This document shows, piece by piece, positions 19,664 to 28,682 of a DNA stretch of 57,595 bases; the first letter of the stretch is position 1; each line of letters opens with the position of its first letter. Position numbers and translations under genes: made by a program. The stretch covers positions 1-57,595 of the forward strand of contig JAUVXW010000031.1 of the NCBI GenBank assembly GCA_030603385.1. Direction: 5' to 3'. The notes beneath the pieces were generated by a model, which worked only from the letters and a program-made list of their open reading frames with translations, was not told the DNA's origin and did no database searches. Origin of the DNA: Promethearchaeota archaeon. GTDB taxonomy: Archaea; Asgardarchaeota; Lokiarchaeia; Sigyniarchaeales; SOKP01.

Positions 19664-19828
19664 TAATTCTCCCTCTATTAATTTATTTTACAAATAAAAC
19701 GATTATAACACTATTAAAGAAATTGAAAATATATACCTTTTTGTCTAGGCAATTTATGAATAAAAATAGAAAAAAATAATAAAAAAACAATTTAAGTTAA
19801 AGATACCGTATTAGTATTCTCATCTAAA

Positions 19829-20932
19829 TTAAGAATTTCTCGGTTTTCTTGCGATTTTTGTTGTTATTTTACCGATTTGAACTTTTAAAGAAAAATTTCC
19901 CTCAAGTTTTTTATATATAAATCTTAAAAAAATACCATACAATACAACTGTCGCTATGATAAAATACCAAATATTATATCTATCTAATAACTCAAAAAAT
20001 AGTAAATAATTTAGATTTTGTAAAAGAAAAAGGGTTAGAGAATAATATGAAAAGTAAAACAAGAATTTGTAGCTCCTTTTTGTGTTAAAAATATTGTATT
20101 CTTCAAGGATTAATAAAATCAAAATAATAATTAAGTCTAACCCTAAAGAATAAATTAACCACCATGTATTTGTGTTTATAGTTAGAATTTTATCAGTAAA
20201 TAAATTTGGCAATAAAAACCAAAAACTAGTAGAAATTAACACCACTCCACTTATCAAAAGCGGGGTAATTATTTTTCGTTTAAAGAATCGTTTTTTTTCA
20301 ATATCATCATTCAAGGCTGAAAAATCAAAAATTAGATCCCCAATAACTGTACCAATTAAAAAGAAAGTAAAGAATGATAAAATCGGATTTTGGTCTAAAG
20401 AATTATATAAGATATAGAAAAGCACCCCAAAAAAATTAACTTCACCCTTGAAGTGTAATAAATATGTTAGTAGAATTTGATTTACAATCCAGATTAAAGC
20501 TGCAACAAAAATTCTGAACAATTTTGAGGTTTTCAGTAATGGCCAAGCTAAAAGAAGGGACACGGCTACAGTTAATATGATAAACCATTTCCATATTACA
20601 GAAGGGTCGAAAAACTGAATTGCTACAATACCATTATATAATAAACCTAGTCCAAAAATTAAAAAACCTCGAATTAGATATTCCTTTCTCATCGTTTTAG
20701 TGCTATAATTCGCAGTAATTTTAACTTTTTCAACTCTGTTTCTATATGAAATCATTGTGCTTACACCCGATATAAATACAAATCCTGCCGCACCTATAGC
20801 CGAAAATAGGGATACATAAACATTAAACAGCTGATCCTCAGATGGGATAATCCACCAGTCAATCATATGCCCTACCATAATGTAGACCATCCCCACCCCG
20901 CGAAATATGTCGATGCTCTTTAATCTCTTCAT
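19829..20932 (-). CDS. DUF1624/HGSNAT-like membrane acyltransferase
   Basis: RLKSIDIFRG...MVGH, FVFISGVS, many TM segments. Confidence 0.8.
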   Translation of the reverse strand: MKRLKSIDIFRGVGMVYIMVGHMIDWWIIPSEDQLFNVYVSLFSAIGAAGFVFISGVSTMISYRNRVEKVKITANYSTKTMRKEYLIRGFLIFGLGLLYNGIVAIQFFDPSVIWKWFIILTVAVSLLLAWPLLKTSKLFRIFVAALIWIVNQILLTYLLHFKGEVNFFGVLFYILYNSLDQNPILSFFTFFLIGTVIGDLIFDFSALNDDIEKKRFFKRKIITPLLISGVVLISTSFWFLLPNLFTDKILTINTNTWWLIYSLGLDLIIILILLILEEYNIFNTKRSYKFLFYFSYYSLTLFLLQNLNYLLFFELLDRYNIWYFIIATVVLYGIFLRFIYKKLEGNFSLKVQIGKITTKIARKPRNS

Positions 20933-21115
20933 AACAATATCAAATTAATGCTTTATTTATATGAAAATTTGGACAAAATAATGTTATAGAATTTAAAATT
21001 TATATTTGATGTTAAACTTTAAGGTTATCCTTTCTTCTTGACAAATTCATAAATCAAATAAAACTTTTGAAAAGGAAATTTTATTATTAAAAAAAAAAAA
21101 TAAATAAATAAGAAG

Positions 21116-21193
21116 TTAGTTATATGTGCTCATAATAAGACATGAGAATTCATTAGGGAAGCGTAAATACAAGTGACCCAGGCGTTGTGACAA
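21116..21193 (-). other. Small transcription unit: candidate 25-aa ORF or ncRNA
   Basis: TTTATATAAA at 21211-21220, TTG..TAA ORF MSQRLGHLYLRFPNEFSCLIMSTYN, then a long T tract. Confidence 0.35.
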
Positions 21194-21244
21194 AATATAT
21201 TTAGAGTACTTTTATATAAAGCTTTAAGGTTAAAAATAGAAAAA

Positions 21245-21278
21245 TAAAAATAAAAAAAACCTTTAAGGTAAAGTTACT
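21245..21278. repeat. 34-bp direct repeat, copy 1
   Basis: TAAAAATAAAAAAAACCTTTAAGGTAAAGTTACT, identical to 21925-21958. Confidence 0.9.
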
Positions 21279-21303
21279 CATTCACTATAATAAAACCAAT
21301 GAG

Positions 21304-21747
21304 TTAAACTGGATTTTGTTGGTGTCGAAAACTCCCGATATTTTTCTTATACGTTTCTATAAAACTGATAATGCCCCCAATCAAAAACAGTAAAAAGGGA
21401 ATTCCGAAGAACCCGAATCCTGTAATTGTTAAAAACATATAAATGAGACCATAATATAGACGCATAAAAAACTGAATGTACTCAGGAGACACAATAAATA
21501 TTATTATTAAAGAATTTAGAATTCCACTGACTAAAGAGGTTAAACCTCCAAACTTTTTACCTTTTAATCCTATAATCGCGCTAATTATTGAAATTATAAA
21601 ACTTGCAAAAAAAACTAATATGTATAAGTTAGGCTTTAAGTACAGAAACGTTCTTATTAACCACATCCCTCCAACCAAAGTTAAAACTATACCAGTTTTT
21701 TTTGGCTTTACTATGTTTTCTTTATCCTTTTCAGAAATCGTTTTCAC
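21304..21747 (-). CDS. Small membrane protein (about 4 TM)
   Basis: Hydrophobic 147-aa ORF lying between the direct repeats. Confidence 0.7.
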   Translation of the reverse strand: MKTISEKDKENIVKPKKTGIVLTLVGGMWLIRTFLYLKPNLYILVFFASFIISIISAIIGLKGKKFGGLTSLVSGILNSLIIIFIVSPEYIQFFMRLYYGLIYMFLTITGFGFFGIPFLLFLIGGIISFIETYKKNIGSFRHQQNPV

Positions 21748-21924
21748 CTCTAATTATACGATACTTAAAAAATACTTAAAATTTTGTAGAAAGGTATGGA
21801 AAAATGAAAATGCTATCGTCGAGAGTTGCATGAGCAAAAAGTAGAGATGTATCATATAAATTTAAGATATAAAAATGATTTCTATAATGAAATAGGAATT
21901 GTATATAACAAAAATAGAAAAAAG

Positions 21925-21958
21925 TAAAAATAAAAAAAACCTTTAAGGTAAAGTTACT
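21925..21958. repeat. 34-bp direct repeat, copy 2 (3' end and terminator tract of the coiled-coil gene)
   Basis: Identical to 21245-21278; contains the V-T-L-P codons and stop. Confidence 0.9.
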
Positions 21959-22671
21959 ATATTTGTATTTTCGTCAAGTTTTAGAATCCCTTTAAGAGCG
22001 AGCTGTCGGATAGTTCGTACCGCCATGATCGGCGGAACATCGAGCAGCTTTTTTAAGTCATCTAGCTTAGCAGAACCCTTTTCCATGATAGTTGCGATAA
22101 TATAAACTTCATGAATCTCCTCTTCTGAATGATCTATAAGGAACGATGTAAAGAAATTTTCTTGCCTCATTTGATTAATTTTAGATTCTAAGTCATCCAT
22201 CTTTTTCTGGTATGTATCTTTTAATTCGACTTCACGGTTTTCATTTTCAACAGTTTTTTGATCTAATGAAGTCTTTTCTGAATCTTTGGAGGTTATTTTC
22301 TCATTTACCCCTTCTAATTTACTCAACAAATTATCTAATTCAAATTGAGGTGCTTTAAGGTCATTAATAGTAGTTTCCAAGGTAGTTGTTAATTCAGAAA
22401 TTTTGGTATTTAATTCCTCCTTTTTTGCTTTTAACCCTTCAATTGTCTTATCCAATTCTTCTGATTTTGTTCTAAGTTCTGTTAGTTCTGAGTTTTGGGC
22501 AGCCAATTTTTCTTTTATGCTTTCACTTTCTTTTTGTTCAGCTTGCATATAACGCCAAGTCTCTCTTAATTGAGAAAGTACTTCTTCATTATGTTTCTGT
22601 AAAACCTGCCAATAGCTATCAAAAGCAGTTTCGAACTGTTCTATTAATGATAGTATTTCTTGGGAACTCAT
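21943..22671 (-). CDS. Coiled-coil protein with C-terminal winged-helix-like domain
   Basis: Long heptad region; tail GSAKLDDLKKLLDVPPIMAVRTIRQLALKGILKLD. Confidence 0.8.
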   Translation of the reverse strand: MSSQEILSLIEQFETAFDSYWQVLQKHNEEVLSQLRETWRYMQAEQKESESIKEKLAAQNSELTELRTKSEELDKTIEGLKAKKEELNTKISELTTTLETTINDLKAPQFELDNLLSKLEGVNEKITSKDSEKTSLDQKTVENENREVELKDTYQKKMDDLESKINQMRQENFFTSFLIDHSEEEIHEVYIIATIMEKGSAKLDDLKKLLDVPPIMAVRTIRQLALKGILKLDENTNIVTLP

Positions 22672-23417
22672 TAAAAATCAACCTCCTGTTTTAAAGTAAC
22701 TGTTCCACCTGCATCATCATATTCTAAAGGTCCATTGTTTTGAACCATCTTTGCAAGTATATTTCTAAATACATCTTCTCTTAAGCCACTTGCTAAAACT
22801 AATCCTTTTAATTCTAAAGTTGTATTAGGCAATAACGCTTTAATTACTTTCAACTGTGGTGATTGAACATAGCCTGCTTTTATCAAAGATTTCATTGCGG
22901 CTACGTGAATTCCATAAGAATTCATATATTTTTCTTTTTTGCCCTGTTCTGCTTGAAGATTAGTCTCAAGGTCGTTCATTTGATTATCAAATTTCTCCTG
23001 AACATCTTTTAGTTCAGCGATTCTTTTTTCTAACTCCTCTAAACGAGTTGTTCGCGTTGTTAATTCCTCTTTTTTTGTCGTTATTTTTGTTTGAGTTTCA
23101 TTTAATTCATTTTGAGTAGTTTGAATTTTATCGAGAAGAGATTGACGTTCATTCGTTAGCTCAACATTGCTCTCTTCCAGTGTTGCTATATCTCGCTGAT
23201 TTTGAGAAAGCTTATTTTTTAATGAGTTAATCTCATCATCGTTAGTCTCAATATTGCTTAGATCCTTTGCTTTATCATTTTCAAGTTTTTCAATATGCTC
23301 AAGGATATTAGTAGGTTGAGTTTGTAATTTAGGAACCGAATCTGTATTTAATCCATTAAGTTCTTCTATAATTGAAAATATTTTCTTTAAAGATGATTTT
23401 GTATCGGTAAGACTCAT
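22671..23417 (-). CDS. Coiled-coil protein with C-terminal winged-helix-like domain (paralog)
   Basis: Heptad region; tail LELKGLVLASGLREDVFRNILAKMVQNNGPLEYD; TAATG overlap with the next gene. Confidence 0.8.
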   Translation of the reverse strand: MSLTDTKSSLKKIFSIIEELNGLNTDSVPKLQTQPTNILEHIEKLENDKAKDLSNIETNDDEINSLKNKLSQNQRDIATLEESNVELTNERQSLLDKIQTTQNELNETQTKITTKKEELTTRTTRLEELEKRIAELKDVQEKFDNQMNDLETNLQAEQGKKEKYMNSYGIHVAAMKSLIKAGYVQSPQLKVIKALLPNTTLELKGLVLASGLREDVFRNILAKMVQNNGPLEYDDAGGTVTLKQEVDF

Positions 23418-23591
23418 ACTAATTTCTCCTAAAAAAATAGTTTTATCAAATTTTTATAAAATAATAGTGTACGGATTTAAAAAATTTGATTTTTAGAAAC
23501 TTTGGAATGGATTAAAATTAAAAACAAAGTCTTAATTGAATCAGAATTTAAGTTATATCATAGGATTTACTTTAGAAAAGTATGGGGATTT

Positions 23592-24824
23592 ATGCATTCA
23601 ACATCAAATACTCAAAATCAAAAGTTAAATAAAAATCTCCCCATTATCCTTCTGATAATGTTTACTGAAACATTAGGTTTCAGTATTGTTCTACCTGTAT
23701 TACCATTTTTAGGTTTATCTTTAGGCTTAAATGTGTTTCAAGTTGGATTAATAGCAAGTATATTTAGTTTTTGTCAACTATTTGCAAGCCCAATAACTGG
23801 TAAACTCAGTGATCGATTTGGAAGAAAACCTATTTTAATATTTAGTCAGTCAAGTACTTTTTTAGGTTTCTTTTTACTTGGTATAGCTGATACAGTTTGG
23901 ATATTAATTTTAGCACGTCTTGTTGATGGTTTACTAGGGAGTAATATGACAGTAAGCCAGGCATATCTTAGTGATGTATCAGATCCAAAAGACCGTACTA
24001 AAATATTTGGATATTCGAGTGCAATTTTTGGTGCTGCCCTTATATTCGGACCTGTGATTGGTGGGACACTATCAGCATTGAATTATTACATTCCAATGTT
24101 TCTTGCCGCAGGAATAAGCCTAATTTCCATAGTATTAGTTTTGATATTTCTACAAGAGTCCTTAATGATCAAACAAGATAAATTTAGCTTGAAATTTAAC
24201 GATATTGTACCTATTAGTGAAGCAAAACGCTTTTTTAGATCTAATGCGGTAAGAGGGCTTCTATTGATCTTTTTTATTTATAGTTTTGCTTTCATGATTT
24301 TTATCTCTAGTTTCGCTCTATTCGCTCAAATACAATTGAATGTAACTTCTCAAGAAATTGGTTATTATCTAGCTTGGGTTGGAATCCTTCGTGTCGTTTT
24401 TCAAAGCTTTCTCATCACACCATTATTAAAAAAAATTAGTGAGGATAATACATTGAGAATGGGAGTTGTAGCATTGATTATCACTATGATTATCTTAATT
24501 TTAACCACTAACTATTTGATTGTATTCATACCACTAATATTTTTAGCATTCGGCACAGGTGTTGCACGCCCTATTCTTATGAGTAAATTAACTAAATCTG
24601 TTGAAAAAGAGGAGACTGGAAGTCTCCTAGGTGTGAATAACTCGCTATCTAGTATCGCTCAAATTATAACTCCAATACTTGGTGGATTAATACTTGAATA
24701 TTCACCTTCTCAAATACTTCCGGCATTTTCAGCACTCTCTTTCTTTTTGATTTTTCTCATCTGGCGATCAGGAATTGCTAAACATGTACAAGGTGAAATA
24801 TTAGAAACAACAAAATTACCATAA
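23592..24824 (+). CDS. MFS transporter (TetA/DHA1-like)
   Basis: GKLSDRFGRKP, ARLVDG, GPVIGG; ATG at 23592 preferred over TTG at 23502. Confidence 0.92.
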   Translation: MHSTSNTQNQKLNKNLPIILLIMFTETLGFSIVLPVLPFLGLSLGLNVFQVGLIASIFSFCQLFASPITGKLSDRFGRKPILIFSQSSTFLGFFLLGIADTVWILILARLVDGLLGSNMTVSQAYLSDVSDPKDRTKIFGYSSAIFGAALIFGPVIGGTLSALNYYIPMFLAAGISLISIVLVLIFLQESLMIKQDKFSLKFNDIVPISEAKRFFRSNAVRGLLLIFFIYSFAFMIFISSFALFAQIQLNVTSQEIGYYLAWVGILRVVFQSFLITPLLKKISEDNTLRMGVVALIITMIILILTTNYLIVFIPLIFLAFGTGVARPILMSKLTKSVEKEETGSLLGVNNSLSSIAQIITPILGGLILEYSPSQILPAFSALSFFLIFLIWRSGIAKHVQGEILETTKLP

Positions 24825-24857
24825 GAAGTGTAATTTTCATCTTGATTTACATAAGAA

Positions 24858-25697
24858 TTAAATCTCTTTAGAAATATCTTCAAAAAAAGTTGATTTGCTA
24901 ATCGGACCATATGGAAGATTTCTTCTCTGTATGACTATATTTAGATGCTCAATTATTTTTTCTGCTAAATAAGTAAAATCAAATTGAAAAGATGAGGTTT
25001 CTTGATAATATTTCTTCAAAAATTTATTTATCAGCTCAATCTTATGTTTTGGTTCGTCCATATCAAAAAGCCCAGGATTAGTATCTAAAAGCGAACAACA
25101 AATCCATGCTAAATCGTCCATATGATTTCCCTCATAGGCATCTTCAAAATCTACCCCGTATAAAATATCTTTTGAAAAATCTATAATAAAATCTCTTAAC
25201 CTTGTATCTCCTTTATTTAGTACGAATAGTTCCTCTGATTTATATTTCCTAACAATGTTCTTTTCGTGTAATTGAGCGAGCCATTCAGCCAGTTTTTCAA
25301 TACTTTTAATTATTTGATTTTTAATATCTGAAGTTATATCATTTAATTCTTCAGTATCTCTTAAACTATCATTAATGAAATCACATAGATTAATTCCTTG
25401 CACTTTTTCTAAGATTAAGTAAGGTTTCTTTAAACTTAATATCTCTGGGACGCGAAAATTTTGATTCTTTAATCTAATTAATATATTATTCTCACTTACG
25501 ATGTTTTTTGTCCTAAAAATTTTGATAATAAATTCCTTTGGAAAACTTCGTGGTTGTTTATCAAAAACTAGATTTATTACTGAATTCTTTCTGCTTTCTA
25601 ATTCAGTTATATTAAAATTATACTCTTTATTGCGAAATTCCGGGATGATCCCTTTCAAATCCTTTGCAATTTTTGATTTAATTTTTTGAAGGCTCAT
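24858..25697 (-). CDS. Protein kinase-like (APH/Bud32-like) phosphotransferase
   Basis: FIIK, E helix, KGDTRLRDF catalytic-loop equivalent, VDFED. Confidence 0.75.
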   Translation of the reverse strand: MSLQKIKSKIAKDLKGIIPEFRNKEYNFNITELESRKNSVINLVFDKQPRSFPKEFIIKIFRTKNIVSENNILIRLKNQNFRVPEILSLKKPYLILEKVQGINLCDFINDSLRDTEELNDITSDIKNQIIKSIEKLAEWLAQLHEKNIVRKYKSEELFVLNKGDTRLRDFIIDFSKDILYGVDFEDAYEGNHMDDLAWICCSLLDTNPGLFDMDEPKHKIELINKFLKKYYQETSSFQFDFTYLAEKIIEHLNIVIQRRNLPYGPISKSTFFEDISKEI

Positions 25698-25812
25698 CTC
25701 AAAGATACTAATTTAGTAATTTTATGAACTAAATAATAATATACATCTAAATAATTATGTGTTATAGTATACTCAATAAGTCAGTTATATGCGGAAATTT
25801 AAAGGAATATTC

Positions 25813-26367
25813 TTATTGTTTTTCTTTAATTTTACTTACTATAATCTCTTTAATATCCGAGAAATTTGGAACAACAACAATCCCTTCCATTTTTTTTAAT
25901 TTTTCAATGTTTTCCAATTCAATATCTCTAATTTTTAGCACAAGAGGAGATCCATCAGGTCTTGATGTAGTTATTGGCTCTAAATCTTGATCTGAGGGAA
26001 AAATATGCACAATCATATCTCCTTTAATTGCCTGAGCAATACAGTTAGTAATTAATGTATCAGCTATACCATGTACAATTTTTGCCACTGAATTTGCTGA
26101 AACAGGACAGACTAAGAATATATCATATTTGCCTAACTGTAAAGGTCCCGCATAAAAGGGGATGTTTGGTGTTTTTTCCACTTTAACCCTTTTTACCGCT
26201 TCTGTTAAAGCTAACCATTTTTTATACCATTTTACAACAGACGCACCTTCTTTTGTTAGAATTACTGTTAAGTCTACACTATGTTCATCTTGTAGTTCTT
26301 TCATTAAGTCAATACACTCGTCCAAAAGATAACCCGTTCCAGTTATACCCCACATCAATTTAAACAA
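25813..26367 (-). CDS. afpA: Archaeoflavoprotein AfpA-like
   Basis: WGITGTG, PFYAGPLQLGKYD, ANSVAKIVHGIADTLITN. Confidence 0.8.
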   Translation of the reverse strand: MFKLMWGITGTGYLLDECIDLMKELQDEHSVDLTVILTKEGASVVKWYKKWLALTEAVKRVKVEKTPNIPFYAGPLQLGKYDIFLVCPVSANSVAKIVHGIADTLITNCIAQAIKGDMIVHIFPSDQDLEPITTSRPDGSPLVLKIRDIELENIEKLKKMEGIVVVPNFSDIKEIIVSKIKEKQ

Positions 26368-26516
26368 TTAAAACATCCCTCTTTTAATTTTTATTTTATA
26401 ATTCCTTAATCTTTAGTTAATTAAATTTTCTTATAAAACTTAAAGAAAAATATTATTAACTCAATCATTATAATTAGTTAACTGGGAAGTTCTAAAATTT
26501 TTCATGATGATTAAAT

Positions 26517-27749
26517 ATGAATGACTCAAAATATATTTACCTCGATAATGCTGCGACTACTCCAATGGATCCAAGGGTTATTGAAGAGGTTACTAAACAT
26601 TTTAAAGAGACTTATGGAAATTCTTCAAGTTTGCATTCAGTTGGACAAAAAGCAGGTCAAATTTTGTTAAAATCACGTGAAACTATTGCTTCATTAATCA
26701 ATGCAAATAGAGATGACATATTTTTCACTTCTTCAGGAACAGAAGCTGATAATATCGCTATTTTTGGTGTTACCTCAAAAAACAAAGAAAGAGGTAATCA
26801 TATTATTACATCTTCAATTGAACATCATGCTATAGAAAATCCATATAAACAACTAGAAAAAAGAGAATTTGAAGTTACTTTTTTACCAGTCGACCAATTT
26901 GGTCTAATTGCTACAAAAGATTTAGAGAATGCTATAACAGATAAAACTATCCTAATAAGTATAATGTTTGCAAACAATGAAATTGGTACAATCCAACCAA
27001 TGAAAAAAATAGGTTCGATAGCAAAAAAACATGATGTTCTATTTCATACTGATGCTGTACAAGCATTTGGTAAAGTTCCTATTGACGTAAATGAGATGAA
27101 AATTGATTTGTTGTCAGCTTCAGCCCATAAATTGTATGGCCCGAAAGGAGTAGGTATGCTATACATCAGGAATAAAGGCATTAGGGAAGGTTGGGGTAAA
27201 TTTATTGAACCAATTATGTATGGCGGAGGTCATGAAAGAGATATGAGACCAAGCACCGTCAATGTACCTGGAATTGCAGGATTCGCTAAAGCTGCAGAAC
27301 TCGCAAAAGAAGAAATGGACGAGGAATCTTTAAGGCAGATAAAATTAAGGGAAAAAATCATAAAATGGGTTACAGAAAATATTGAAGACTCTTATCTTAA
27401 TGGACACCCTACTCAAAGACTCCCAAATAACGTAAATATAGGATTTAGATATATTGAAGGTGAATCAATAGTCTTAGATTTGGATATGGAAGGTATAGCA
27501 GCATCTACAGGTTCTGCATGTTCTTCGAAATCACTTGAACCTTCACATGTATTAACAGCAATTGGATTAAAGCCTGAAGAAGCTCATGGTTCCCTGAGAG
27601 TTAGTTTAGGAAGATTTACTACAGAAGAGGATATTGATCATTTCTTAGAAAAACTACCTGGAGTAATTGAAAGGTTAAGAAAGATGTCACCTCTTAAGAA
27701 AGGAGTTAAGTACATGTTTTCAGATTCAAATCATGAAAATTATCACTAA
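26517..27749 (+). CDS. iscS: Cysteine desulfurase
   Basis: YLDNAATT, HTDAVQ, SAHKLYGPKG, STGSACSS. Confidence 0.96.
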   Translation: MNDSKYIYLDNAATTPMDPRVIEEVTKHFKETYGNSSSLHSVGQKAGQILLKSRETIASLINANRDDIFFTSSGTEADNIAIFGVTSKNKERGNHIITSSIEHHAIENPYKQLEKREFEVTFLPVDQFGLIATKDLENAITDKTILISIMFANNEIGTIQPMKKIGSIAKKHDVLFHTDAVQAFGKVPIDVNEMKIDLLSASAHKLYGPKGVGMLYIRNKGIREGWGKFIEPIMYGGGHERDMRPSTVNVPGIAGFAKAAELAKEEMDEESLRQIKLREKIIKWVTENIEDSYLNGHPTQRLPNNVNIGFRYIEGESIVLDLDMEGIAASTGSACSSKSLEPSHVLTAIGLKPEEAHGSLRVSLGRFTTEEDIDHFLEKLPGVIERLRKMSPLKKGVKYMFSDSNHENYH

Positions 27750-27770
27750 AAATAAATAAATGGATTAAAA

Positions 27771-28430
27771 ATGGAAAGTCAAAAAGCACTAGTAATTTTA
27801 ATATTAATTGGAGGAAAAAGTACAAGGTTTGGCACTGAAAAAGCAGCTATAGAGATATTTGGAAAACCATTAATTCTACATCAGATAGATACATTATATA
27901 AATTTGATCAAGATATTTTTTTGGTTGCTCATTCTGAAGAACAAATATTCAATTATCGTAAAGAAATAGAATTTCCAAAAGAAATTAATTTCTTTTTAGA
28001 TGATCGTGAGGTTTTTAATCATCATAAAATATTCAAACCTATGTTAGGGATATATTCAGGATTTAAGGAACTACTTAAACTAAATTTTGAAAAAGCATTT
28101 TTATTATCGTGTGATATTCCATTGATCAAATCTGCAGTTGTAGAATTGATGATAAATGAATCAAAAGGTTATGATTGTTGTATTCCAAGATGGAATAATG
28201 GTTTTTTAGAACCGTTTTTTGCAATTTATCCTGTGGAAAAAGGATTTTATAGAGCTAAAGAAATTTTGACTAATGAAAATTATGGACTCTATAACTTCAT
28301 TGATAAAAGTTGGAAAATTAATTATGTTTCTGTAGAAAAGTCTATTCAACCTTTAGATCATAATTTAGTTAGTTTAATTAATATAAATGGACCAATTGAT
28401 ATTGCTAAATTAGTAACTCAATTTGAATAA
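27771..28430 (+). CDS. mobA: Molybdenum cofactor guanylyltransferase
   Basis: GGKSTRFGTEKA, SCDIP, EPFFAIY, NINGP. Confidence 0.88.
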   Translation: MESQKALVILILIGGKSTRFGTEKAAIEIFGKPLILHQIDTLYKFDQDIFLVAHSEEQIFNYRKEIEFPKEINFFLDDREVFNHHKIFKPMLGIYSGFKELLKLNFEKAFLLSCDIPLIKSAVVELMINESKGYDCCIPRWNNGFLEPFFAIYPVEKGFYRAKEILTNENYGLYNFIDKSWKINYVSVEKSIQPLDHNLVSLININGPIDIAKLVTQFE

Positions 28431-28682
28431 ATTCAACTGTTAGATCTTATTAAATTGAAATCAAATAACAATAATAAATTTGATATAAGCAATTAGAAAA
28501 TATTTTCTGTCTAAATTTGAAATGAATTATGTTATTGTCTAAATTAACTTCTTTTGTTATTTTCTTTGACCTATTAATGAAAAGAAATAAATAATTACAA
28601 TATTTCATTTATTAATAAATTCCATCCAGAATCGAGAAAAAAATAGTAATTGTTATTTTACTTAACATATATCATTAAATAA

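Noticed and set aside
21116-21193. SECIS element or C/D box RNA
   Set aside because: No adjacent TGA-containing gene and no clear C/D boxes.
28508-28545. TGTCTAAATT repeated twice
   Set aside because: Short AT-rich repeat with only two copies; compatible with chance.
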